Positions 48,171 to 59,350 of a DNA stretch of 64,000 nt are shown in pieces (within the stretch, counting starts at the first letter, position 1; every line of letters begins with the position of its first letter). Both the position numbers and the translations under genes were made by a program. The notes beneath the pieces were generated by a model. It saw nothing but the letters and a program-made list of their open reading frames with translations. It did not search any database and was not told where the DNA came from. The stretch comes from Sphyrna mokarran (Eukaryota), in NCBI GenBank assembly GCA_024679065.1, contig JAGIQG010000028.1:992001-1056000 (forward strand), given 5' to 3'.

Positions 48171-49207
48171 CCAGGTTATTGTGGGAGGTGAGGGAAGTGG
48201 TTGCAGAGCCCCTGGCGATGATATTTGCGTCGTCCATGGAAACGGGAGAGGTTCCGGAGGATTGGAGGATTGTGGATGTGGTTCCTATCTTTAAGAAAGG
48301 GAACAGGGATAGTCCAGGAAATTACCGACTGGTGAGTTTGACTTCAGTGGTTGGTAAGCGGATGGAGAGGCTTCTGAGGGATAAGATATATGAACATTTG
48401 GAGAAGTTTGGACTGATTAGAAATAGTCAGCATGGTTTTGTCAAGGGCAGGTCATGCCTTACGAGCCTAGTTGAGTTATTCGAAAATGTGACTGAACACA
48501 TTGACGAAGGAAGAGCGATGGACGTGGTGTACGTGGACTTTAGTAAGGCGTTTGATAAGGTCCCCCATGCAAGGCTTCTTGGAAAGGTGAGAGGGCATGG
48601 AATCCAAGGGGCTTTGGCCTCGTGGATCCAGAACTGGCTTGCCGGCAGAAGGCAGAGAATGGTTGTGGATGGGTCTTGTTCTGCATGAAGGTCGGTAACC
48701 AGTGGAGTGCCCCAGGGATCTGTTCTGGGACCCCTACTGTTTGTCATTTTCATAAATGACCTGGATGAGGAAGTGGAGGGATGGGTTAGCAAGTTTGCCG
48801 ATGATACAAAGATCGGTGGTGTTGTGGATGGTCTGAAGGGATGTCAAAAGTTGCAGCGGGACATAGACAGGGTGCAAGACTGGGCGGAGAAGTGGCAGAT
48901 GGACTTCAATGTGGATAAATGTGTAGTGGTCCATTTTGGCAGGAATAATGGGATGAAGGAGTACAATATAAGGGGTAGGTGTCTTAGCTGTGTTGTAGAG
49001 CAGAAGGATCTCGGGGTCCGGGTGCATAGGACTCACTGTGAGTTGTTGAGGTGAACTCACTGGTGTCTTTTAAAAGACTTCTGGATGAGTGTATGGAAAC
49101 GAATAGGATAGGGGGTTATAGATAGGTCTGTGGATTGGTAGATGTGATCGGCGCAACTCGTGGGCCGAAGGGCCTGTTGTGCTGTATTGTTCTATGTTCT
49201 ATGTTCT
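48171..49207 (+). mobile_element. Young CR1 (subfamily C), 5'-truncated, with a stop and an internal deletion
   Basis: Near copy of 35187-36040; FADD intact; TGA at 48686; jumps to the 3' end near 49035; TSD taaac (48163-48167 / 49208-49212). Confidence 0.95.
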
Positions 49208-49773
49208 TAAACTGCCCTCCCCCCTTTCTTTCTGCTATTGAAGATGGTTTGGTTTGAATATTAATCAAAGGCTAGAATAATTTGCAATGTTGGGCCTACA
49301 GAGGCATTGCCCATCACATTTTGTTTTCTTTTGTTTCATGAGCATTATTTCCTGATCACAATGTTTCTGTTTAAAACAATTCCATATTTTACATGAAAAC
49401 AAGCAAATTAACCAGAACACTAAACAAACAAAGTTTAATGAACAATTTACAGCCCGGTTAATCCAACCCCTGTGCAATGTACAGTTGGCAGTGAATTCCG
49501 TCTCCTGTTGAAAAAATATCCATCCACAAATCTGATAATTTTGTTTATCAAAGAAAGAAGTTCCATTGGCAAATCCAGTGTTGTTTTCAAACATCTGCAC
49601 AACCATTGCACATAATTCAATGCAAGGTCTCGCATGCTCGACCTCAATGTTCTCACTACGTGAACTCACGTGAAAATGATTAACTTTCCAACCTAATTGG
49701 CTACTGAAGGAATGAAAGTCTCCAATTATGAATTAGTTTTTCAAGATGAGAGAGATTGGTCTTGTTTTGTCTT

Positions 49774-50030
49774 TCATCCATCCTTGTTCCAAGAGTTAGC
49801 TACATTATGAACAATCTTTCTCCACTGAGTTCTATTCTCTGCTGTCCTCACTGTCTGTCTTATGCAGAGACCAGTCCACATTCTGATATCATCCATTTAT
49901 TCCATCTTGTGTCTTCCTTGTTCATGTTTTCTCGATGTTTTGCTTTGCATCACCTCTTTTTCCAAATACTCCACTCCTGTTCACAAGTTCAAAATATGTG
50001 AATTTCTTCATTGTGATTGCCTCAAACGAG
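49774..50030 (-). mobile_element. RTE-clade LINE C-terminus and 3' end
   Basis: Minus strand KFTYF.LV.R ... DDIRMWTGL...VRTAENRTQWRKIVHNVAN..NKDG*. Confidence 0.7.
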
Positions 50031-50361
50031 CATTAGAATTCACAAGCACTTGGTCATTGCTGAATGAGACACATTGTTTAGTAATATTTGGCCATAATTA
50101 TCACTTATCACACCATTTAAAAACTCATTTGCATCTCAATCTATCAGTCATAAAGTTTTCTGACATTTGCTGGGAACTAATGAGAAAGCCCCACCCCGTC
50201 CTTTACTGTCATCTTAACGTGAGCCTATCAGATAGAGCAGCAACATTAGCCACTGTGGAGGAGCAGGATACCGACAGAAACAACTTTCAGATTTCCGTAT
50301 TTAACTGTACATGTGTAAACCACAGAAGTTGCTAACATATTTACCCTGCATTGTGTTCCAC

Positions 50362-51218
50362 AAAGATTGGTGGATTTGTGGGTAGCGGTGAATTTCATCA
50401 GAGGATGCAGCAGGATATAGATCGGTTGGAGATTTGGGTGGGGAGATAGATGGCATTTAATCTGGAAAATGCATTTTGGAAAGTCTAAAACAGATGGGAA
50501 ATATAAATGGCAGAACCCTTAAGAATATTGACGGGCAGAGAGGTCTGGATGTACAGGTACACAGGTCACTAAAAGTGGCAATGTAGATGGAGAAGATAGT
50601 CAAGAAGGCATACGGCATGCTTGCCTTCGTTGGTTGGGGCATTGAGTTTAAGAATTGACAAGTCATGTTGCAACTTTATAGAATCTTAGTTAGGTCACAC
50701 TTGGAATATAGTTTTCCATTCTGGTCACCACATTACCAGAAAGATACAGAAGCTTTGGAGATTTACCAGATGTTTTCTGGTATGGAAGGCATTAGCTACA
50801 AGGAGAGGTTGGAGAAACTTAGTTTATTCTCACTGGAATGATGGAAGTTGAGGGGTAACTTGATAGAAGGCTGCAAGCTTATGAGGAGAATGGATAGAGT
50901 GGATAGTCAGAAGCTTTTTCCCAGGGTGGAAGAATCAATTACTAGAGGGCACAGGTTTAAGGTGCGAGGGGCAAGGTTTAAAGGAGATGTACAAGGCAAG
51001 TTTTTAACCCAGAAGTGCCTGGAACTAGCTGCCGGGAGAGGTATTGGAAGTGGATGTGATAGTGACTTTTAAGAAGTGTCTGGACAAATATATGAATAGG
51101 ATGGGAATAGAAGTAGGGGGAAGGCTAGAGGGTTTTAATCCAGTGAGGCAGACTGGTTTGTGCAGGCTTGGAGGATTGAAAGACTTGTTCTCGTGCTGTA
51201 ATTTTCCTTGTTCTTTGT
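50362..51218 (+). mobile_element. CR1 3' fragment
   Basis: MQQDIDRL..W, VKKAYGMLAF, RGNLIE..KLM, TRGHRFKVRG. Confidence 0.9.
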
Positions 51219-51287
51219 CCTTAGTTCTTTGAGTGATTATATTCTTGCTGTAATGCATAATACAAAATCTGGCCTAATATAAATGAA

Positions 51288-52961
51288 CATAGAACATTAC
51301 AGCGCAGTACAGGCCCTTCGGCCCTCGATGTTGCGCCGGCCAGTGGACCCTCCAACCTAAACTATTCCAATATCATCCATATGCCTATCCACCAAACATT
51401 TGAATGCCCCCAAAGTAGGCGAGTCCACTGCTGCTGCAGGCAGGGCATTCCACGCTCTCACCACCCTCTGTGTGAAGAACCTGCCTCTGACATCTGTCCT
51501 GTAACTACCACCTCTTAATTTAAAGTTATGTCCCCTCGTGTTGGTCATCACCATCCGAGGAAAAAGGCTCTCACTATCCACCCTATCCAATCCTTTGATC
51601 ATCTTATACGCCTCAGTTAGGTCACCGCGTAACCTTCTTCTCTCTAATGAAAATAACCTCAGGTCCCTCAGCCTTTCCTCATACGGCCTTCCCACCATAC
51701 CAGGCAACATCCTGGTAAACCTCCTCTGCACCCTTTCCAATGCTTCCACATCTTTCTTATAATGCGGCGACCAGAACTGTACGCAATACTCCAAGTGCGG
51801 CCGCACCAGCGTTTTGTACAGTTGTAACATAACCTCACGGCTCCTAAATTCAATCCCTCTACCAATAAAAGCTAACACATCGTACGCCTTCTTAACAACT
51901 TTATCAACCTGGGTGCCAACTTTCAAAGAGCTATGTACTTGTACCCAAGATCCCTCTGCTCGACAACACTATTAAGGGTCCTTCCATTAGCCCTATATTT
52001 CATATGCCTGTTATTCCTACCAAAGTGAATCACCTCACACTTATCCGTATTGAATTCCATCTGCCACCTCACGGCCCAGCTCTGCAACCTATGTCCCTCT
52101 GCAAACTGTAACATCCATCCTCGCTGTCTACAACTCCCCCCACTTTGGGATCGTCAGCAAATTTACTAATCCAACCCTCTACACCCTCATCTAGGTCATT
52201 TATAAAAATGACAAACAGCAGTGGCCCCAAAACAGATCCTTGAGGTACACCACTTGTAACTGCACTCAGGTTGAATATTTCCCATCAACCACCACCCTCT
52301 GTCTTCTATCAGCTAGCCAATTCCTAATCTAAACTGCTAAATCACCTTCAATCCCATGCATCTGCACTTTCTGCAGTAGCCTAACATGGGGAACCTTATC
52401 AAACGCTTTGCTAAAATCCATATACACTACATCAACTGCCTTACCCTTATCTACCTCTTTGGTCACCTCCTCAAAAAAACTCAATAAGGTTTGTGAGGCA
52501 CGACCTACCTTTCACAAAACCGTGCTGACTATCCCTAATCAATTTATTTCTCTCTAGATGCTTATAAATCCTATCCTTATAATTCTTTCCAAGACCTTGC
52601 CCACAACAGAAGTCAGGCTCACCGGTCTATAATTTCCAGGATGGTCCTTACTCCCCTTTTTGAACAAAGGGACAACATTTGCCATCCTCCAGTCTTCCGG
52701 CACTATACCTGTAGCTAACGACGACATGAAGATCAAAGCCAAAGGCTCTGCAATCTCCTCTCGAGCCTTCCAGAGAATCCTAGGGTAAATCCCATCTGGC
52801 CCAGGGGACTTATCAATTTTCATACCCTCAAAATTCGCTAACACCTCCTCCTTATGAACCTCAATGCTACCCAGTCTACAACCTGGTATCGCAGTATTCT
52901 CCCCGACAACACTGTCTTTCTCCTGCGTGAATACTGATGAAAAATACTCATTCAGTGTCTC
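51288..52961 (-). mobile_element. Young 5'-truncated CR1 (subfamily D), with frameshifts
   Basis: LNEYFSSVFT, KSPGPDG, NYRPVSLTS, FADD; TSD aatgaa (51282-51287 / 52962-52967). Confidence 0.96.
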
Positions 52962-53387
52962 AATGAAGATTACAAATTGAGAGCAGAGAATTGCTGTAAT
53001 CGTACACAGCAACTGTAATCCCAAGTGGTTCCTTGTGAGAGTCTCTCTCACAACATCCAGCTAAATTTGACTTGCTTAACTTCACACTTGATCTAAACTA
53101 TGCGATGTGTGACAATCCTAAATTGAAACTGTTTGACATCAGCACAAATCGTATGGGGTGACTGACCTATAATCATGTGGACTCATCACAGCTTCTCACT
53201 GTGGTTGCAGAGATCTCTAAATCGCTTCATTTCACTAACCAATCGGCATCTGCTTTTGCAAAATAATTTCCAACATTGGTCGAGGTAATAAAACACAACT
53301 GTAAATATTGTCAGAACCTTTAGGCCCAAAACACTGCTGCTTCGAACCCAGAAGATTGTACAACCTGTCTCTTTACCCAGCCAGTAA

Positions 53388-53566
53388 AGTGTGTGTCTGA
53401 GTGTGAATATGTGAGTGTATGTTTGTATATACATGTGAATGTGGATGTGAGTATGTATGTGATTGGGTGTGTGTGTCTGTGTGAAGGTGTGTTTGTGTAT
53501 GAGCGTGTGTGTGTGAGTGTGTCTGTGTGAGTTTGTGTGGGTGTGAATTTGTGTCTGTGTAAGTGT
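53388..53566. repeat. Imperfect (TG)n low-complexity tract running into the gap
   Basis: Directly visible. Confidence 0.9.
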
Positions 53567-53810
53567 NNNNNNNNNNNNNNNNNNNNNNNNNNNNNNNNNN
53601 NNNNNNNNNNNNNNNNNNNNNNNNNNNNNNNNNNNNNNNNNNNNNNNNNNNNNNNNNNNNNNNNNNNNNNNNNNNNNNNNNNNNNNNNNNNNNNNNNNNN
53701 NNNNNNNNNNNNNNNNNNNNNNNNNNNNNNNNNNNNNNNNNNNNNNNNNNNNNNNNNNNNNNNNNNNNNNNNNNNNNNNNNNNNNNNNNNNNNNNNNNNN
53801 NNNNNNNNNN
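53567..53810. other. Assembly gap (244 N)
   Basis: Run of N. Confidence 1.
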
Positions 53811-53875
53811 CTGGCGAATTGTGAAATCGCATTTTGAAGAGAGATGTTGAACGAAACAGTGAGGCTGAAAAGTAA

Positions 53876-56287
53876 CATAGAATATAGAACATAACAGCGC
53901 AGAACAGGCCCTTCGGCCTTCGATGTTGCGCCGACCAATTAGGAAAAAGCAATGACCCTCTAACCTAAACCATTCCCTTTTTGTCCATAAACTTATCTAC
54001 TAACCTCTTAAACGCCACCAAACTTGGCGCATCTACAACTGCAGCAGGCAGGGCATTCCATACCCTTACCACCCTCTGGGTAAAGAACCTACCTCTGACA
54101 TCCGTCCTATAACTACCACCCCTTAATTTAAAGCTATGTCCCCTCGTGCTAGCTTTCTCCATCCTAGGAAAAAGGCTATCACTGTCCACCCTATCTAAAC
54201 CTCTAATCATCTTATATGTTTCAATAAGGTCTCCTCTTAGCCGCCTTCTTTCTAACGAAAACAACCTCAAATCCCTCAGCCTCTCTTCATAAGACCTGCC
54301 CTCCATACCAGGCAACATCCTGGTAAACCTCCTCTGTACCCTCTCCAATGCCTCCACATCTTTCTTATAATGTGGGGACCAGAACTGCACACAATACTCC
54401 AAGTGCGGCCGCACTAGAGTTTTGTACAGTTGCAACATGACGTTGCGGCTCCGAAATTCAATCCCCCTACCAATAAAAGCTAAGACTCCGTATGCCTTCT
54501 TAACAACCTTATCGACTTGATTGCCAACTTTCAGGGATCTATGCACATATACACCAAGATCCCTCTGTTCTTCAACACTATTAAGAGTCCTACCATTAGC
54601 CCTGTACTCTACACACTTGTTATTCCTGCCAAAGTGAATTACCTCACACTTTTCCACATTAAACTCCATTTGCCACCTCTCGGCCCAGCTCTTCAACTTG
54701 TCCAAGTCCCTCTGCAAACTATAACACCCCTCTTCACTATCTACCACTCCACCGACTTTAGTGTCATCTGCAAATTTACTAATCCATCCTTCAATACCCT
54801 CATCCAGATCATTTATAAAAATTACAAACAGCAGGGGCCCCAAAACAGATCCCTGAGGTACACCACTTGTAACCGAACTCCACGATGAATATCTTCCATC
54901 AACCACCACCCTCTGTCTTCTATCTGCTAGCCAATTCCTAATCCAATTAGCTAAATCACCCTCAATCCCATACATCTGCATTTTCTGCAGAAGCCTTCCA
55001 TGGGCCACCTTATCGAACGCCTTACTAAAGTCCATATATACCACATCAACTGCCTTACCCCCAACCACCTCTTTGGTCACTTTTTCAAAAAACTCAATAA
55101 GGTTAGTAAGGCACGACCTACCCTTCACAAAACCATGCTGACTATCCCCAATCAATTCATTTCTCTCTAAATAACTATAAATCCTATCCCTAATAATTCT
55201 CTCCAATACTTTGCCCACAACAGAAGTAAGACTCACTGGCCTATAATTCCCTGGAAAGTCTCTCTTCCCCTTCTTGAACAATGGGACCACATTCGCTATC
55301 CTCCAGTCTTCCGGCACTAAACCCGTAACCAACGACGACCTGAAGATCAGAGCCAGAGGCTCTGCAATCGCCTCTCTCGCCTCCCAGAGAATCCTAGGGT
55401 AAATCCCGTCCGGCCCAGGGGACTTATCTAACTTCAAACCCTCAAGAATATCTAGCACATCCTCCTTATCTACTTCAATACTTTCCAGTTTGCAACCCTG
55501 TATCCCAGTGTTCTCCACAACTACATTTACATCTCCCTGCGTGAATACCGAAGAGAAATATTTATTCAGTGCCTCTCCAATCTCTTCAGGCTCCACGCAC
55601 AACTTCCCACTGCTGTCTATGACTGGCCCTAATCTTGCCCTAACCAATCTTCTATTCTTAACATATCTAAAGAAAGCTTTAGGATTCTCCTTGATCCTAT
55701 CAGCCAAAGTCTTCTCGTGTCCCCTTTTAGCTCTCCTCAACTCACTCTTTAGCTCCCTCCTGGCTAATCTATAGCTTTCCAGTGCACTAACTGAGCCTTC
55801 AAGCCTCATCCTGACATAAGCCTCCTTTTTCCTTTTAACCAGCGAATTAACTTTTTTAGTACACCATGGTTCCCTTACTCGACCATTTCCTCCTTGCCTG
55901 ACAGGGACATACTTATCAAGGACTCGCAGTAGCTGCTCCTTGAATAAGCTCCACATTTCAGATGTTCCCAGTCCCTGTAGTTTCCTAGTCCAACCTATGC
56001 ACCCTAATTCCCTCCTTATGGCCTCATAATTACCATTCCCCCAGCTATAACTACTGCCCCCAGCTTCATGCCTATCCCTATCCATCACTAAGGTGAACGT
56101 AACCGAATTGTGGTCACTATCACCAAAATGTTCACCAACTTCCAAGCCTAACACCTGGTCTGGCTCATTGCCCAGCACCAAATCCAATGTAGCCTCACCT
56201 CTAGTTGGCCTATCTACATACTGAGTCAAAAAACCTTCCTGCACACTTTGTACAAAAACTGACCCCTCTAACGAGCTAGCACGCTGG
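53876..56287 (-). mobile_element. Very young 5'-truncated CR1/HER1-like LINE (subfamily B)
   Basis: Uninterrupted ORF2 fragment, 3' UTR, tail and a 4-bp TSD gtaa (53872-53875 / 56288-56291). Confidence 0.98.
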
Positions 56288-56298
56288 GTAATTACCAC
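53965..56298 (-). CDS. CR1 ORF2 fragment (APE C-terminus + RT), 777 open codons, lacking its true N-terminus
   Basis: [58 protein letters not shown]; the first few codons are flanking DNA. Confidence 0.9.
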   Translation of the reverse strand: MVITQRASSLEGSVFVQSVQEGFLTQYVDRPTRGEATLDLVLGNEPDQVLGLEVGEHFGDSDHNSVTFTLVMDRDRHEAGGSSYSWGNGNYEAIRRELGCIGWTRKLQGLGTSEMWSLFKEQLLRVLDKYVPVRQGGNGRVREPWCTKKVNSLVKRKKEAYVRMRLEGSVSALESYRLARRELKSELRRAKRGHEKTLADRIKENPKAFFRYVKNRRLVRARLGPVIDSSGKLCVEPEEIGEALNKYFSSVFTQGDVNVVVENTGIQGCKLESIEVDKEDVLDILEGLKLDKSPGPDGIYPRILWEAREAIAEPLALIFRSSLVTGLVPEDWRIANVVPLFKKGKRDFPGNYRPVSLTSVVGKVLERIIRDRIYSYLERNELIGDSQHGFVKGRSCLTNLIEFFEKVTKEVVGGKAVDVVYMDFSKAFDKVAHGRLLQKMQMYGIEGDLANWIRNWLADRRQRVVVDGRYSSWSSVTSGVPQGSVLGPLLFVIFINDLDEGIEGWISKFADDTKVGGVVDSEEGCYSLQRDLDKLKSWAERWQMEFNVEKCEVIHFGRNNKCVEYRANGRTLNSVEEQRDLGVYVHRSLKVGNQVDKVVKKAYGVLAFIGRGIEFRSRNVMLQLYKTLVRPHLEYCVQFWSPHYKKDVEALERVQRRFTRMLPGMEGRSYEERLRDLRLFSLERRRLRGDLIETYKMIRGLDRVDSDSLFPRMEKASTRGHSFKLRGGSYRTDVRGRFFTQRVVRVWNALPAAVVDAPSLVAFKRLVDKFMDKKGMV

Positions 56299-57409
56299 AA
56301 ACAGGCATTCCAGAGTGTTCCAGGCAGTGGGGGTAAAGGCAGCAGATGGTCCCTGTTATGCTGAACCTCTGTTCTTTGAGTCCTTGGAAGCTTGTTCCTT
56401 GTCTGAGCGATGTCACAAAAACTTGTGGGACAAGCAGGTTGGCTCAGAGTCAGTTCTGCCTCCAAGGAGTTGAGCAGAATGTAACACCTTGTGTAAGGGC
56501 CACAGACTATCCAAAAAAAATTTGAACAGCAGCTTTCCGTATCGGAGCTGAGACATTTCGAGAAAAATAGAGGTGAGTTTGGAAACAGAAGGTACAAGAA
56601 TTATTTTTTCACCATCTTTCGGGATTTGCTCCTTCTATAAATTCTGAATTTCTACATTTTTTGGTTGCAGCAGCTGTTATTACAGATTGGATCTCAGCTG
56701 CACTGTGGAGAGTGAGGACATTCTGCATTTCAGTCCAATCATTCAGATTTTACTGCCAGTTAGGAGAGACAAATCTCAGGAAAAGTCACCGAATGAAATA
56801 GAATTCTAAAGAAGGAGCACACGTCTTTCCTTCGTTTGGATGCTGAACAATTAGTTTGAGTGAAATGCCCCTATCTGTGGGATCTGGTGACTGGTTCAGG
56901 AATGGGAGAGTGTAATTATCATCTTATTAAAACAGAATGGGCCATTGTCCAATCATCTTCAATCTGGTGGTCTCTAATTTTAAACTATAGGAGACTAGGA
57001 CGACCAGTTTAAGTGAACAGATTCACACTGCTGTCTTCTGGAGCTGTTTTTCCATTGAACCTGTGAACTGATCAGGACAGAGGGAGTTATTCTCCTTGCC
57101 AGACAGACTGTATCAGATACAGAAACTGCTGTCACAGAGGCTCAGTGTAGCAGGTGTGCTCCTTACTCACAAACCTTGGCCTCAGCTCCTTAATGTCTCT
57201 GGTGCAGATTCTACAGAAACCCAAAATGTCAAAGCTGCCAGCCAGATTGTTTATACCATTTCCCAGTGCAGCCCAGGGGATGTGTGATGATATTGTGTGT
57301 GTATGTGTGTGTCAGCAGTGTGCAGAGTGGGAACGATTGTGACCATGTTTAACTCATGCTGCTCTGATGCACAGATCATCATTTCTAACTCAGTTAACTC
57401 CACTTCTAA

Positions 57410-57545
57410 AAATTCATTTACAGGATGTTGGTGTCGTTGGCTAGGTTATCATTTATTTCCAATCCCTAATTCTCCTTGAGAAGATGGTAGATAGTAAATT
57501 GCCTTTTATGAACTGTAGATACATCCACCGTGTAGTTAGGGAGGG
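57410..57545 (-). mobile_element. 3' tail of the second CR1-group lineage
   Basis: 'ggatgttggtgtcgttggctagg..catttatt..atccctaatt..ccttgagaag'; same family at ~61160-61285 and 63721-63819. Confidence 0.7.
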
Positions 57546-57784
57546 ACACCCAGGAAGTTCGGGCCTCAGGCTGCAGCTGCTGAATATTTGAGTTAATCTC
57601 CAGCAGCACTGACCTTCCAGTACGGAACTCACCCCGCTTTCTCACAATCAGGCATTTCAGAGTCTTTGAAGCCAGGGTTTTAAAAGCAGCATCTCAACCC
57701 TAGACCTCCTGCTAAATATCAATCCCTTGGCTGTGATGTGCTGAGTGTGAAACACACTGTAGTGTTTGTATTCCACTGGAATTT

Positions 57785-58200
57785 ACAGCATAGAAACAGG
57801 CCATTCGGCCTATCGAGTCTGTAACAAATCTCTGAAAGAGAATCTCACCCAGACCCTATCCTGTAACCCCGTGTATTTAACTCACTAAATCCCACTAACG
57901 TACGCACTTTAGAAAAAAAGAGAAAATTTGGTACTGCCAATCAATCTAACACACACATCTTTGGACTGTGGAAAGAAACTGAAGGAAGAAACTGAAGGTT
58001 ACCCTCATATTGTGGTCAAGAAAAGTGAAGGAGGCTCGTGTGGAAGTCAAACACTGACATATTTGGGCGGCATGGTGACAGAATGATTAGCACTGCCAGT
58101 CTCACAGTGCCAGGGACACGGTTGATTGTGGGAGGAAACCGGAGCACGTGGAGGAAACTCAACACAGAGACAGGGAGAACATGCAAACTCCGCACACTCA
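57785..58200 (-). mobile_element. Rearranged HE1 SINE pieces
   Basis: Tail and core on the minus strand (57785-57990), head on plus (58065-58122), core on minus (58127-58198). Confidence 0.7.
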
Positions 58201-58207
58201 CTGAGAC

Positions 58208-58580
58208 CACAAAGATATAAAATCCTGATGGGATTGGACAGGCGAGACGTGGGAAGAATTTTCCTGATGTTGGGCAAGTGCAGGACTAGGAGTCACAATC
58301 TAAGAATAAGGGGTAAGCCAATCAGGACTGAGATGTTGTGAACCTGTGGAGTTCTCTCCCACAGAAAGCTGTTGGGGACAGTTCATTAGATAAGTTCAGG
58401 AGGGAGCTGGATGTGGCTCTTGTGCTAAAGGAATCGAGGGGAATGGAGAGAAAGTGGGAATGCGATACTGAAAGGGCATGATCAACCATGATCATATTGA
58501 ATGGTGAGGCTTGAAGGAAGCCTCACCATTCCTCACCAAGAGGAATGGCCTCTTCCTGCATCTTTTATCCATGTTTCTAT
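58208..58580 (+). mobile_element. CR1 3' end
   Basis: YKILMGLDR, RTRSHNLRIRG and a CR1 tail; same subfamily as 37418-37858. Confidence 0.88.
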
Positions 58581-59143
58581 AAGCTCTGCCAGCAACAGAA
58601 TAGCTGCTCTCAAAGATGTGACTCTTAGATGTAAAATTACAGTGTCCAGATCTTGCTTGGTTGGTCTGCAGTTGAGAATTATTTGATATCTATAATTCAT
58701 TCATTTCACCAGGTTGTTAGATCTATGCTAATAAGGAGAAGAAGGAATATGATTCATATTCCACTTCTTGGACATATACAGAAATGGCTAAGCAGTAATT
58801 TGTTATCCAGAATGATCTTTCTTGGCTAAACCAAATAAATAGAAAATAGCACTTAACACTTACAATGTGTACAACACTTCTGCTTGATGTATTGTGCAAT
58901 TGTCAACAATGGGGAACTGAGCGGAGTAGCTCACACTAATGAAGTCAGTGTTATGGACATGAAAGAGACCAATTGTGATTTTGGTCCAAGGGGATAGAAA
59001 CTTCATGTGCAATCAGTGATGCTTTGTGACAAATATTCAGGCCGTGATATCAACTTCAATAACATTGTTCTCCAGTAAGTCTAATCATCGGACCTTTGCC
59101 CATATGTTAGTGATGATCATATGGATTAGGAGCAGGAATAGGC

Positions 59144-59350
59144 CACTTGGCACCTTCAGACTCCACATCCTTTCAATAAGATTTGATTGTAACCCCAATG
59201 TCATGCTCCCAGCTAACTCAATATCCATTTACCACATTGCTAATCAAAAATCTAACTCAGATTTAAAAACATTCAAAGAATCTACTTCCACTGCCTTTTG
59301 AGGAAGTGAGTTCCAAAGTCTCAAGGCTCCTGAGAGAAGAAAACTCCTTA
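59144..59350 (-). mobile_element. Old CR1 3' tail
   Basis: Segment carries 'ttccactgccttttgaggaagtgagttccaaag'; its tail 'aggagcaggaataggcca' lies just left, at ~59128-59145. Confidence 0.7.

Larger units (their letters stand above)
47332..49228 (-). mobile_element. CR1 3' end (subfamily A) split into three pieces by two younger CR1 insertions
   Basis: 47332-47441 + 48007-48167 + 49208-49228 reassemble into a match of 37899-38180. Confidence 0.88.

Noticed and set aside
53186-53952. Long ORFs of 210-250 aa
   Set aside because: Artefacts of the N gap and the (TG)n tract
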